Shown: piece by piece, positions 38,025-49,503 of the stretch
Layout of the letters: each line of letters begins with the position of its first letter
How positions within the stretch are numbered: position 1 is the stretch's first letter
DNA from: a bacterium
GTDB taxonomy: Bacteria; Hinthialibacterota; Hinthialibacteria; Hinthialibacterales; Hinthialibacteraceae
DNA length: 64,000 bases
Assembly: GCA_016125385.1 (NCBI GenBank)
Contig: WGLV01000021.1
Coordinates: 31,429 to 95,428 of the forward strand
Reading direction: 5' to 3'
Translations under genes and position numbers: made by a program
Notes under the pieces: model-generated
Database searches by the model: none
Told to the model about the DNA's origin: nothing
Seen by the model: only the letters and a program-made list of their open reading frames with translations

Positions 38025-40142
38025 TCAGCGGCCCGGGCGGCGCTTGCGCGGGGCGGGACGGGGCGCGCGTTGCGGCGCGCCGCGATCGGGAGCCTCCATG
38101 CCGGCTTGTTCGAGTTCAGCGATTTTGTCACGGTATACCGCCGCTTTTTCGAATTCGAGATTTTTGGCCGCTTCCACCATGCGCCGTTTGAGTTCGGCGA
38201 CGGCGTCTTTGCTGCTGCGGGTTTTGACGATGACCGATTCGGAGATTTCGTACAGCAACTCCTCCGTCTCGCGCCGTTTAACCGAGCGCGCCTCGAGAAT
38301 CGAGCGCACCTTCTTCTGGATGGTTTTCGGAATGATTCCATGCTTTTCATTGTAGTCAAGCTGAATCCGGCGGCGGCGCTCCATCTCGGCGATGGCGCGG
38401 TCCATCGATTTGGTCGGCTTGTCGGCGTACATCACCACCTCGCCGGCGACGTTGCGGGCGGCGCGCCCGCAGGTCTGAATCAGCGAACGCTCGTCGCGCA
38501 GAAAGCCTTCGCGGTCAGCGTCGAGAATGGCCACTAGAGAAACCTCGGGCAGATCGAGCCCCTCGCGCAGCAGGTTGACGCCGACGATGACGTCGAACTC
38601 GCCGCCGCGCAGCCCCTCGAGTATCTCGGCGCGCTCAAGGGTATCGACCTGAAAGTGAAGCCAGCGCACCTTGATGCCCAGGTCCTGCATATAGCCGCTC
38701 AGGTCTTCGGCCATGCGCTTGGTGAGCGTAGTGACCAGCACGCGCTCGTTGCGCGCGATGCGCTCGCGCACGCGGGCGATGAGATCGTCGACCTGACCGG
38801 TGGCGGGCCGCACGGTGATCTTGGGGTCGACCAGACCGGTGGGACGGATGATCTGTTCGGCGATATTCTCGCTGTTTTTGACCTCGATCTCGGCGGGCGT
38901 GGCCGAGACGAAGATCGACTGGTTGATCGAGTTCCAGAACTCTTCAAAGGTGAGCGGGCGGTTATCGAGCGCGGAGGGCAGGCGGAAGCCGTAATCGACC
39001 AGCGTCTGTTTGCGGCTGCGGTCGCCGCCCGACATGCCGCGAATCTGGGGCAGCATGATGTGCGACTCGTCGACGATGAGCAGAAAGTCGTCGGGGAAAT
39101 AATCGATCAGCGTGCTGGGCGGCATGCCGGGGTCGCGGCCGTCGAGATGGCGCGAATAATTTTCAATGCCCTGGCAGAAGCCGGTCATCTCCAGCATTTC
39201 GAGATCGTAGGAGGTGCGCTGTTCGAGCCGTTGCGCCTCGACCAGCCTGCCCTCGCCGCGCAATTGCTGGAGGCGCTCGCGCAGCTCTTCGCGGATGGTT
39301 CCCACCGCGCGTTGCAGGCGCTCGGGCGCGGTGACGTAATGGCGCGCGGGGTAGATGGTGATGCGCTGATGTTCGCCCACCACTTCGCCGGTCAGCGGAT
39401 CCATGGCGAGGATGCGGTCGACGTCGTCGCCCCACATTTCGATGCGGTACGGGTGTTCGCCGTAACCGGGGAAGATTTCGATCACATCGCCGCGCACCCG
39501 CATGGTTCCGTGGTGAAAGTCCATGTCGTTGCGGTGATATTGCAGATCGACCAGGCGGCGCAGCAGGCGCTGGCGCGGGATACTGTCGCCCACCGCGATG
39601 GGGCAGATCATCTCGCGGTATTCTTCAGGCGAACCCAGACCGTAGATGCACGACACCGAGGCGACGATGATCACGTCGCGGCGCTCCATCAGGTTGGTGG
39701 TGGCCTCCAGCCGCAGGCGCTCGATCTCGTCGTTAATGGTGACTTCCTTCTCGATAAAGACGTCTTTGGAAGGGACGTAGGCCTCGGGCTGATAGAAGTC
39801 GTAATACGATACAAAGTAACCCACGGCGTTATTAGGGAAGTATTCCTTGAACTCGCTGTATAGCTGGGCGGCCAGCACCTTGTTATGGGACATGATGAGC
39901 GTGGGCTTGTTAACCCGCGCGATCACGTTGGCCATGGTGAAGGTCTTTCCGCTGCCGGTGACGCCCACCAGCGTCTGGTATTTCTTTTTTCCGAGCACGC
40001 CCTCGGCGAGCGACTCGATGGCGGCGGGCTGGTCGCCGGTCGGCTGGTACTCCGACGCCAGTTCGAAGGGGATCTCTTTGACGCCGTGTTCGTCGCGCCG
40101 CGCCGCACTCTCGGTAATCGCCTGGATTTTTTCAACTCGCAT
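38025..40142 (-). CDS. uvrB: Excinuclease ABC subunit B
   Basis: The protein is 705 aa. The Walker A motif is GVTGSGKT. Helicase motifs and a C-terminal UVR domain ([16 protein letters not shown]) are present. Confidence 0.95.
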   Translation of the reverse strand: MRVEKIQAITESAARRDEHGVKEIPFELASEYQPTGDQPAAIESLAEGVLGKKKYQTLVGVTGSGKTFTMANVIARVNKPTLIMSHNKVLAAQLYSEFKEYFPNNAVGYFVSYYDFYQPEAYVPSKDVFIEKEVTINDEIERLRLEATTNLMERRDVIIVASVSCIYGLGSPEEYREMICPIAVGDSIPRQRLLRRLVDLQYHRNDMDFHHGTMRVRGDVIEIFPGYGEHPYRIEMWGDDVDRILAMDPLTGEVVGEHQRITIYPARHYVTAPERLQRAVGTIREELRERLQQLRGEGRLVEAQRLEQRTSYDLEMLEMTGFCQGIENYSRHLDGRDPGMPPSTLIDYFPDDFLLIVDESHIMLPQIRGMSGGDRSRKQTLVDYGFRLPSALDNRPLTFEEFWNSINQSIFVSATPAEIEVKNSENIAEQIIRPTGLVDPKITVRPATGQVDDLIARVRERIARNERVLVTTLTKRMAEDLSGYMQDLGIKVRWLHFQVDTLERAEILEGLRGGEFDVIVGVNLLREGLDLPEVSLVAILDADREGFLRDERSLIQTCGRAARNVAGEVVMYADKPTKSMDRAIAEMERRRRIQLDYNEKHGIIPKTIQKKVRSILEARSVKRRETEELLYEISESVIVKTRSSKDAVAELKRRMVEAAKNLEFEKAAVYRDKIAELEQAGMEAPDRGAPQRAPRPAPRKRRPGR

Positions 40143-40239
40143 GGTTACCCGCGTAAAAATTATTCGTTTGAATTGGTAATACGAACACGCGCGCCGCGTT
40201 ATTCATAGTGTATCGCCGTTTGATCACAACACCAACGCG

Positions 40240-40896
40240 GTGGACAAAGTCAGCCGCCTTGAAGCGAATCGCGGAAACATGGAGGGAATATTCAACATGA
40301 CTAACGAGGCGTATGACTATGAATCCGGTTTCTGGCGGCGGCAATTTGAAGAAAGAACGACGCCGTTGCAGCACCTGTTCGATGGGATATTCGGGGTACT
40401 GACGCCGCTCGGGCTTCTGCTGGTGAATCCTATCGCCCTGTACGAACTGTTGTTCTGGTTCATTCGAAGAAACCCCGTTCACGGGAGCGCGGGCGACGCG
40501 CCGTTTCCCTTCACGCCCTACCTGTTTCTGACTCTGTTTTCCGACTACGCCGATCCGAGTTACTCGTTCATCCTGCTGGAAACCAGCGTTCTGTGGGCGT
40601 GCATGGCGGGTTTCTGGCGCACACCCGTCTCGGCAGGCGTGCTGATACTCGGCGCGACGGGTTCATTTGTAATTGGAATTTCGATTCTGCCGTTTGCGCT
40701 GGTGGGTACGCAATACATCGTGGGGATATTGGGTTTCGCGCCGCTATTCTCCGCGTTTGTGTATTTCCGCAACGGCGTCCGGACTCTCAAGTCAGCGCCG
40801 CCGGAGAGCCGCTTGAAACGGAAATTGCGTTTTTTGTGCGGCGCGCTGCTCGCGGCGGCGATCCCTCTGACGATCTGGTGGATTGCATGCGAATGA
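40240..40896 (+). CDS. Hypothetical polytopic membrane protein
   Basis: 218-aa ORF with 4-5 hydrophobic helices. I recognise no motif. The start codon is uncertain. Confidence 0.4.
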   Translation: MDKVSRLEANRGNMEGIFNMTNEAYDYESGFWRRQFEERTTPLQHLFDGIFGVLTPLGLLLVNPIALYELLFWFIRRNPVHGSAGDAPFPFTPYLFLTLFSDYADPSYSFILLETSVLWACMAGFWRTPVSAGVLILGATGSFVIGISILPFALVGTQYIVGILGFAPLFSAFVYFRNGVRTLKSAPPESRLKRKLRFLCGALLAAAIPLTIWWIACE

Positions 40897-40943
40897 CTCG
40901 GCCTTTCCATCGCCCCAAAGCCCAGACGGGCTCATTGAGCTCG

Positions 40944-42329
<1,386 letters not shown>

Positions 42330-42505
42330 CCCAGTACCTCGTGAATATCATTTCATCGGCTGGTTCATTGTAGCAGCATTCAAAACGATCGCCGACCAGG
42401 GCGAACCGGCGCGCCGGTTCCGTTGCCGAAGACTCGGATGTTTTGATAGGATAAGCGGCGAACGAACCTATTTCATGAGCGACTGGATTTTTCGGGAGGA
42501 ACGCC

Positions 42506-44167
42506 ATGACAAAACGATACGCGCTTGGCATCGATTTCGGCACGGAATCGGGACGGGCCCTGCTGGTCGACGTGGAAACCGGCGAAGAGATCGCGACTCA
42601 CGTACACGCCTACGCGAACGGCGTACTGGACGAAACCCTGCCCGGCGGCGAAGCGCTGGGCCCCGACTGGGCGCTGCAAGACCCCAACGACTGGCTCGAA
42701 ACGCTGCGCGTCACCGTGCCCGCCGTCATGAAAGCGGCCGGAGCGAGCGCGGACGAGATCATTGGCATCGGCGTCGATTTCACCTCCTGCACGGTGTTGC
42801 CCGTCGACGCGAACGGCGAACCGCTCTGTAACGACCCCGCCTTGCGGAAGCGCCCCCACGCCTGGCCCAAATTATGGAAGCACCACGCGGCGCAGCCCGA
42901 AGCCGACAAGATCACCCAGGCGATCAGAGACGCGGGCGACCCCATTCTCGAACGCTACGGCGGCAAAATGTCGTCGGAATGGATCTTCCCCAAAATCTGG
43001 CAGGTTCTCGACGAAGATGAGTCAACCTTCGACGCCGCCGCGCGATTTATCGAAGGCGGCGACTGGATCGTCGAAAAACTGTGCGGCCAGGAAGCGCGCA
43101 GCGCCTGCATGGCGGGTTATAAGGGCATGTGGGGCGGCGATGAAGGCTTCCCCTCCAAAGACCTGCTGGCGCGGCTCCACCCCAGGCTGGGCGATCTGGT
43201 CGGAACCAAACTGTCGAACGATATCCGGCCGCTGGGCGGCAAAGCGGGCGAACTGACCGAAGAAGCCGCCGCCCTGATGGGTCTCAAGCCGGGCGTCGCG
43301 GTGGGCGTCGCCGTGATCGACGCCCACGCCGCCGTGCCGGGCGCCTCGGTGACGCAGTCGGGCCGCATGGTGATGGTGATGGGGACCTCAACCTGCCACA
43401 TGCTGCTTTCAGAAAAGAAAATCAACGTCCCGGGGATCTGCGGCTACGTCAAAGACGGCATTCTGCCCGGCTTTTACGGTTATGAGGCGGGGCAACCCGC
43501 GGTGGGCGACATCTTCGCCTGGTACGTGGAGCATTGCGCGCCGCGTTCGGTACATGAAGAAGCCGCGTCGCGCGGCGTCAGCCCGCATCAACTGCTTGAA
43601 GAGCGCGCCGCCGCGCTGAAACCCGGCCAGAGCGGGCTGATCGCGCTCGACTGGTGGAACGGCAACCGCTCGGTGCTGGTCGACGCGGAATTATCGGGCC
43701 TGATTTTAGGCATGACGCTGACCACGCGCCCCGAAGAGATTTACCGCGCGTTGATCGAAGCGACCGCCTTCGGCACGCGGCGCATCATCGAAGCGTTTGA
43801 AGAATCGGGCGTACCGATCGCGGAGATCTACGCGTGCGGCGGGCTCCCGCAACGCAACCGGATGATGATGCGGATTTATGCCGACGTGACCGGGCGGCCG
43901 TTTTACGTGGCGGCCTCGCAACAGGCGTCGGGGCTGGGCGCGGCCATTCTGGGCGCGGTGGCGGCGGGCAAGGCGGGCGGCGGGTATGACTCGCCCACGG
44001 AAGCGGCTCAGAAGATGGCGCGGCTGCTCGATGAAACCTATCAGCCCAGCGCCGAAGCGCATAAAACCTACTCCGCGCTGTATCAGGAATACCTGGCCCT
44101 GCACGATTATTTCGGCCAGGGTGAAAACAACGTCATGAAGCGCCTGCGCGCCATGAAACACGCATGA
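42506..44167 (+). CDS. araB: FGGY-family kinase, L-ribulokinase-like
   Basis: The protein is 553 aa. The N-terminal YALGIDFGTESGRAL and the length are typical of AraB. Confidence 0.7.
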   Translation: MTKRYALGIDFGTESGRALLVDVETGEEIATHVHAYANGVLDETLPGGEALGPDWALQDPNDWLETLRVTVPAVMKAAGASADEIIGIGVDFTSCTVLPVDANGEPLCNDPALRKRPHAWPKLWKHHAAQPEADKITQAIRDAGDPILERYGGKMSSEWIFPKIWQVLDEDESTFDAAARFIEGGDWIVEKLCGQEARSACMAGYKGMWGGDEGFPSKDLLARLHPRLGDLVGTKLSNDIRPLGGKAGELTEEAAALMGLKPGVAVGVAVIDAHAAVPGASVTQSGRMVMVMGTSTCHMLLSEKKINVPGICGYVKDGILPGFYGYEAGQPAVGDIFAWYVEHCAPRSVHEEAASRGVSPHQLLEERAAALKPGQSGLIALDWWNGNRSVLVDAELSGLILGMTLTTRPEEIYRALIEATAFGTRRIIEAFEESGVPIAEIYACGGLPQRNRMMMRIYADVTGRPFYVAASQQASGLGAAILGAVAAGKAGGGYDSPTEAAQKMARLLDETYQPSAEAHKTYSALYQEYLALHDYFGQGENNVMKRLRAMKHA

Positions 44168-44228
44168 AAGCGAATTTACAATTTCAGAAAAGCGATTACA
44201 ATCGAGTGAACGAAAGTTCATTGAGGAG

Positions 44229-45104
44229 ATGCGACCGTTGACTGCGGCAAAGATTTATAACCTCTTTTCCGAAACTGCTGTTTTCATGTCATGTGAAGAC
44301 AACTTGTCATTCATGCGTCCTTTACCCTGCGAGAGCATGAAGTTGATCGTGACATCTCCACCTTACAACATCGGGAAAAAATACGAAAAGAATTCTCCTC
44401 TCGATCAATACATCGATCAGCAAACAAGAGTAATTGATGAATGCGTCCGATTGCTTCACCCGAATGGTTCGATATGCTGGCAGATCGGTAATCACGTTCA
44501 GAAGGGCGAAATAATTCCGCTCGACGTGATTCTGTACCCAATTTTCAAAAGGCATGGTTTGCACCTTCGCAACCGTATAGTCTGGCACTTTGAACATGGA
44601 CTTCATTGTTCAAAGCGCTTGTCAGGCAGATATGAAACCATTTTGTGGTTTACAAAAAACGACGAGTACACGTTTAACCTTGATCCCATTCGAATTCCCG
44701 CCAAGTATCCTCAAAAAAAGTATTTCAAAGGTCCGAAACGAGGACAGTTATCGGGGCATCCGGACGGCAAAAATCCTGGCGATGTATGGGTGATTCCCAA
44801 CGTGAAAAACAATCACGTTGAAAAAACAATTCACCCGTGTCAGTTCCCCGTCGAATTAATTGAACGTCTAGTTTTAGCGCTAACCGAGCCAGGTGATGTC
44901 GTTTTTGATCCATATATGGGTGTTGGATCAAGTATAATCGCCGCCGCAAAGCATGACAGAATCGGTTATGGATGCGACACCGTTAAGGAATACGTTAAAA
45001 TCGCTTGGGAACGAGTTAATCAGCTTCAGGCAGGAACATTACGAACGCGCCCCATGGGGAAACCGGTATACGATCCTACGAAACCAAACGGCGGGCATTC
45101 ATGA
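44229..45104 (+). CDS. Site-specific DNA methyltransferase (beta-class N4-cytosine or N6-adenine; SPPY motif)
   Basis: The catalytic motif IV is VTSPPYN. The SAM motif I, DPYMGVGSS, lies near the C-terminus, which is the beta-class order. A GAGGAG ribosome-binding site is present. The GC content is markedly lower (about 45%) than the surroundings. Confidence 0.8.
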   Translation: MRPLTAAKIYNLFSETAVFMSCEDNLSFMRPLPCESMKLIVTSPPYNIGKKYEKNSPLDQYIDQQTRVIDECVRLLHPNGSICWQIGNHVQKGEIIPLDVILYPIFKRHGLHLRNRIVWHFEHGLHCSKRLSGRYETILWFTKNDEYTFNLDPIRIPAKYPQKKYFKGPKRGQLSGHPDGKNPGDVWVIPNVKNNHVEKTIHPCQFPVELIERLVLALTEPGDVVFDPYMGVGSSIIAAAKHDRIGYGCDTVKEYVKIAWERVNQLQAGTLRTRPMGKPVYDPTKPNGGHS

Positions 45105-45712
45105 AAATCGTTGAATTCTATTCACACCTGAACGGACATGAATACATTCTCGTTCATAAGCCCTCTCTATGGAATGAAATTGAATCCATCATCTATGGAA
45201 TCAATGCGGAAGAATGCAAAACGAAAATTTCCAAAGAAAAACGAATGATTGGGAAAACTTTGTATTCTCCGAAAGACATGAATAAAAAAATGCAATCTGG
45301 ATTTCAAAAAAAGCACTGGGAAGAAAAACGAATTTCGTACTGGGTAACCAGAGACGCGCAATTGATCAGGAAAACCCTTCACCTGTCCGCCGCCGAGCAA
45401 AAACAGGAGATCGAAGAGGCAGGCCAGGAAGCGATCTATTCGTACAACCAGACGGATTTCGTCAAAGACCGAATCGCGGTCGAAGTTCAATTCGGCAAAT
45501 ACGCATTTGTGGCGTTCGATCTATTCGTCAAGCATCTCGCGTTTTACGTCGGCGACATGATCGACGTGGGCGTCGAGATTCTCCCCATGAAATCGCTTCA
45601 ATCGCAAATGTCATCCGGCGTAGCGTATTATGAAGGCGAGTTGTACAACCTGATCCGAGAAGGACGCGGCGTACCCGCTGTTCCGCTGGTACTCATCGGC
45701 ATCGCTCCATGA
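45101..45712 (+). CDS. Putative type II restriction endonuclease partner (BglII/BstYI-like?)
   Basis: Its start is translationally coupled to the MTase stop by an ATGA overlap. It has the same low GC. DRIAVEVQ is a possible PD-(D/E)xK-type D...E-x-Q active site like that of BglII. The family call is tentative. Confidence 0.35.
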   Translation: MKIVEFYSHLNGHEYILVHKPSLWNEIESIIYGINAEECKTKISKEKRMIGKTLYSPKDMNKKMQSGFQKKHWEEKRISYWVTRDAQLIRKTLHLSAAEQKQEIEEAGQEAIYSYNQTDFVKDRIAVEVQFGKYAFVAFDLFVKHLAFYVGDMIDVGVEILPMKSLQSQMSSGVAYYEGELYNLIREGRGVPAVPLVLIGIAP

Positions 45713-46401
45713 CGACTCGCTTCTTCTTTCCATCGATCATTCTTTTCTTACCCCTAGCCATTTTCGCCCAGGGCGGCGGGGAGAGCGAGCACCTACAGCG
45801 GGCGATTCGCGGATGGACGTTGTTCGTCGAACGGGCGCTGGTCGAGCGAGAGCCCGCGCTGAGCGGCCGCGCGCTGGAGCTGCTCGACGCCAAACTGCTC
45901 GACATCGAACGCGCGCTGCCCGATGGACCGCTGGCGCGGCTGAAAGAGGTCCCGATCTGGATCGACCTGAACCACGAACCGTTCCCCGGGGCGGTGTATC
46001 ACCCCTCCGCCGACTGGCTGCGCGAACACGGCCACGACCCGCGCATGGCCGGCGCCGTCCACATCGCCAACGCGACGAATTTCATTGAGTGGAGCAAGCA
46101 TCAGTACGCGATGGTGCTGCATGAGATGGCGCACGCCTATCACCATCAGGTTCTCGGCTACGATCACGAGGGAATCAAGCAGGCGTTCGAGCATGCCAGG
46201 CGCGAGCATCTGTACGAATCGGTTCTGCTGTATAACGGAGAACACAAACGAGCCTACGCGCTGGAAAACGAGCAGGAATATTTCGCGGAATGCACCGAGG
46301 CGTTTTACGGCGTGAACGACTTTTACCCGTTCGTCCGCGCCGAACTGCAGGAATACGACCCCGTCATGTTCGAGACGCTGCAATCGGTGTGGGAGCCATA
46401 G
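45709..46401 (+). CDS. Secreted putative zinc-dependent peptidase (HExxH)
   Basis: It has a signal peptide (MTTRFFFPSIILFLPLAIFAQG). LHEMAHAYHH is an HExxH motif with further His and Glu residues downstream. It has normal high GC. Its ATG overlaps the stop of the REase-like gene. Confidence 0.5.
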   Translation: MTTRFFFPSIILFLPLAIFAQGGGESEHLQRAIRGWTLFVERALVEREPALSGRALELLDAKLLDIERALPDGPLARLKEVPIWIDLNHEPFPGAVYHPSADWLREHGHDPRMAGAVHIANATNFIEWSKHQYAMVLHEMAHAYHHQVLGYDHEGIKQAFEHARREHLYESVLLYNGEHKRAYALENEQEYFAECTEAFYGVNDFYPFVRAELQEYDPVMFETLQSVWEP

Positions 46402-46407
46402 CCGCGC

Positions 46408-46908
46408 TCACCATTTCAATGGAATAAAATCAAAACGCAGCAGATCGGTGGATTCGTTCCATTCCATCACGCAGACGGACGATTGCAGGTTAAAACGCGG
46501 GCGCGAGGCGGCCCCGGGGTTGACGATAAACGCGTTTTTCATGAACTCCAGATGCTGTTGATGGCTGTGTCCGGTGACGATCAGCCGCACCCCATCGCGC
46601 TCAAAATCGCGTAACATCTCGCGATGGCGCGTCTCTTTCGACTGGGAATACCGGTGTCCGTGCGCCAGCCCCGCCCGGCCGAAAGGCAGCGCAACCACCC
46701 GGGTAAGCGGAAGGGTCTCGCCCGGCGCATCGCAGTTGCCCGCCACCGCATACACGGGCGCGATCGTTTCAAGCGCGCGCAACACCTCGCCGCCCACCAC
46801 GTCGCCGCCGTGCAGAATCGCCTCGACGCCGTGGAAGATTTCACTTATTCGGGCGTGCACCGCGCCGTGGGTATCGCTGATGATTCCATATCGTTTTACC
46901 GCCGTCAT
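46408..46908 (-). CDS. YfcE/MJ0936-family metallophosphoesterase
   Basis: It carries the motifs ISDTHG, GGDVVGG and GHSHQ. The internal ATG at residue 9 of the track ORF is preferred, and the coordinate is approximate. Confidence 0.7.
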   Translation of the reverse strand: MTAVKRYGIISDTHGAVHARISEIFHGVEAILHGGDVVGGEVLRALETIAPVYAVAGNCDAPGETLPLTRVVALPFGRAGLAHGHRYSQSKETRHREMLRDFERDGVRLIVTGHSHQQHLEFMKNAFIVNPGAASRPRFNLQSSVCVMEWNESTDLLRFDFIPLKW

Positions 46909-47068
46909 ATTCAGGGCTCCTTCCGCAGACACAGCCAGTCATATCTTGATATCAACCCATCGCCTGTAAACAGGCGCGGAGCCTCGGCATCTCGATTTTG
47001 CTTGAGATTTTTACACAAAAAGATTATGCTGGCTGCCTGTAAAAAACCAGCTTGCGAGGGGGGACGTC

Positions 47069-47935
47069 ATGAGCGCGAAAAAATGGATCTTCATCGGATG
47101 CGGCGGCTGCCTGGGCGTACTCGTCCTGCTGATTCTGGTAGCGGGCGGCGGCTGTTATTTCTTTTTGAATAAAATGGGCAAGTTTACGGCGCGCATCGAC
47201 GAAGTGACCCGCCGCGTGAAGGAGATGAACGAAACCTACCCGTTCACGCCGCCCGATAACGGCGTAATGGACCCGGCCCGCTTTGACGACTATCTCTCGA
47301 TTCGCGAAACGGCGAATCAGGCGGGAGTAGATCATTTCAGCTGGTTGTTCGACATGGCGCGGGGCGATCAGCAAACCGAACGCCCCTCGGGCCTGCGGAT
47401 GGCCATGAAGTTCGCCAGCCTGCCGCAATCGTTCATCGACGCGACGGAAACCGAACTGGACGCGATGGACGAAAAAGAGATGTCGCCCAACGAGTTTATT
47501 TTTTATACGCAATCAACCGCGTCTGAAATCATCTCATGGCTCGACGAAGACGACGACGCATTGAAAAGCAAGGCGCAGGATTATCTGAAACGGATGACGG
47601 AAATGCAGGAGCGCATCCGCGAGCAGGAGAAGAAAAATCCCCATTCAAACATCAATGCCGGGGTGTTTGAGCGCGACGAGTTCGTGGCGGAGATGAAGAC
47701 GCACATCAACGGCGCTCACCCCAACCGCGATCTGATTCTCACCAACTTTGAGAGGATCAACTCCATGGAGTTGGGGGCGTTCGTCGACGCATGGTCGAAT
47801 ACGTTGCCTGATATCAACAGCGGAATGAACATGCACAATCAACCCGCTCCGTTTCCGCCGGATTCACCGAAGCCCGACGCCTCGCAAAGCGCTTCACCCG
47901 AGGACGTCAGCCCCGCCGCGGCGGACTCGTTTTAG
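47069..47935 (+). CDS. Hypothetical N-terminally membrane-anchored protein
   Basis: It has a single N-terminal TM helix (WIFIGCGGCLGVLVLLILVAGGGCYFF) and an acidic helical ectodomain. I recognise no motif. Confidence 0.4.
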   Translation: MSAKKWIFIGCGGCLGVLVLLILVAGGGCYFFLNKMGKFTARIDEVTRRVKEMNETYPFTPPDNGVMDPARFDDYLSIRETANQAGVDHFSWLFDMARGDQQTERPSGLRMAMKFASLPQSFIDATETELDAMDEKEMSPNEFIFYTQSTASEIISWLDEDDDALKSKAQDYLKRMTEMQERIREQEKKNPHSNINAGVFERDEFVAEMKTHINGAHPNRDLILTNFERINSMELGAFVDAWSNTLPDINSGMNMHNQPAPFPPDSPKPDASQSASPEDVSPAAADSF

Positions 47936-47973
47936 TTGGACTCATCGCATCCCCGGTCAGCGGGCCGCACCGA

Positions 47974-49395
47974 TCAGGCGGAGCCTTCGTAGCGTTTTTT
48001 GACGTCGCGATAGTTGATGTCGTATGAATAGATCGCGCCGTAGGCTTCGCGCGCGCCGGCCTTGTCGCCGCTTTCTTCGCGGGCGAGGCCGAGGTAGTAA
48101 TAGGCTTCTTTCAACTCGGGCGTGGGGACGTGAGAGTACCCTTTATTCTTGAAGAATTCCAGCGATTTTTCATACTGCTGAATCGCCAGCGGCAGGTCGC
48201 GCCGCGCGCGAAAACATTGCCCCAGCAGAAAGAATCCCTTGCCCGCCCATGACGGCTCGTGAATCAGGCGCTGAAGGGCGGTGATCGCCTCGTCGAGACG
48301 GCCATGTTTCAGCAACAGCTCGCCCAGTTCGGCGCGTTCGAGGTGGCGTTCGGGGTGCATGCGCATGACGCCCTCCAACACCTCGATGCGCGTTTTTTCA
48401 CGCTCGACCTTGAGCGTTTCGAGGCGGCGGAACTGTTCGGGCGTCAGTTTTCCGCTGTTTTTCAATTCGTTCATGTGGGCGATTTCGGCTTCGAGATACT
48501 CGTCGCGCAGGCCGGCGTCTTCCGGGTGAACGCGGACGAGGTCTTTGTAGAGCCCGAGGCAGATTTCCAGATCGCCGGTTCGCCGCCAGAGGCGCGCCTG
48601 TTCACGCTGAGCCGGTTCGAAGTGAGGATTTTTATCGAGAATGAGCCCCAACACTTTTTCGGCCTGTTTGAGGTGGCCGCCGCTTATGTAATGAGCGGCG
48701 ACGTCAACGCCGATGCCGTGGTTATCAGGCGAGGCCTTATACGCGGCCAGCATCTTGTCGAGTTTTTCCATAAACTCTTCGTTATCGAGCGCGTCCAGCT
48801 TTTCTTTTTCCATCGCGCGGCGCCGGGCCTTGAGATCTTCAGGCACGCCGACGCGGGCGTAGGCCAGAGCGGCGACATCGCGCAGGCGGTGCTCGATTTT
48901 GTCATCGCCGGGGCGCAACGCATGCAACCGTTGCAGCATCTCGGCTGCGCGCTCATGCTCGCCGAGTTGAACCAGCGTTTCAGCGCAGGCGCGCAGAGCG
49001 GGTTGATGAGTGGGTTTGAGTTTCAGCACGGCCTGGTACAGCTCACAGGCCTCTTCGGCATGATTGAGTTTTTCAGCGCATCGCGCGAGGGCGAACGCCG
49101 CCCCCGCGTGATCGGGTTTTACCCGGTGGATGAACTTGAACGATTTATACGCCGGCTCGGTCCGGCCGGCCAGCAGGGCGAGGGTTCCCGAAAGGTATTT
49201 GAGCCACCAGCCAACCGGCGTGCTTTTACGGCGCGCGCGTTCGACCTCGATGCTTTCCAGACCGTCGAGCGCTTCTTCATTGGATGGAAACTGAGCCAGA
49301 ACCTGGTGAAAATAGCGGTCGGCGAGTTCAAACTCGCCGTCTTTCACCGCCTGGCGTCCCCGGTTGATATAAGCCGCCACATCGATCGATGCCAA
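47974..49395 (-). CDS. Tetratricopeptide-repeat protein
   Basis: It has multiple TPR-like A/L/Y-rich 34-aa helical repeats, for example AEEACELYQAVLKLKP and YYYLGLAREESGDKAGAREAY. Confidence 0.7.
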   Translation of the reverse strand: MASIDVAAYINRGRQAVKDGEFELADRYFHQVLAQFPSNEEALDGLESIEVERARRKSTPVGWWLKYLSGTLALLAGRTEPAYKSFKFIHRVKPDHAGAAFALARCAEKLNHAEEACELYQAVLKLKPTHQPALRACAETLVQLGEHERAAEMLQRLHALRPGDDKIEHRLRDVAALAYARVGVPEDLKARRRAMEKEKLDALDNEEFMEKLDKMLAAYKASPDNHGIGVDVAAHYISGGHLKQAEKVLGLILDKNPHFEPAQREQARLWRRTGDLEICLGLYKDLVRVHPEDAGLRDEYLEAEIAHMNELKNSGKLTPEQFRRLETLKVEREKTRIEVLEGVMRMHPERHLERAELGELLLKHGRLDEAITALQRLIHEPSWAGKGFFLLGQCFRARRDLPLAIQQYEKSLEFFKNKGYSHVPTPELKEAYYYLGLAREESGDKAGAREAYGAIYSYDINYRDVKKRYEGSA

Positions 49396-49503
49396 AGCCC
49401 GGTCTCCCCTCCAGATGGCGTGTTTTCACCCTATAACAAGTAGTCTGAACCGCGCCCGGCGTCAATCCGCGGCGGCGATTTCAGCCGGGCGGGCGGAACG
49501 CAT

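Noticed and set aside
36254-38359. Full 701-aa ORF as the FG-GAP protein
   Set aside because: The first about 120 codons overlap the 3' end of uvrB in another frame and encode an Arg/Ser-rich low-complexity peptide. The real protein most likely starts at the ATG at 37996, just after the uvrB stop. A non-ATG start slightly upstream cannot be excluded.
42330-42505. Sigma-54 promoter upstream of araB controlled by the adjacent NtrC-like regulator
   Set aside because: The only TGG...GC candidate (CTGGTTCATTGTAGCA) has the wrong spacing by 1 nt and poor -12 matches.
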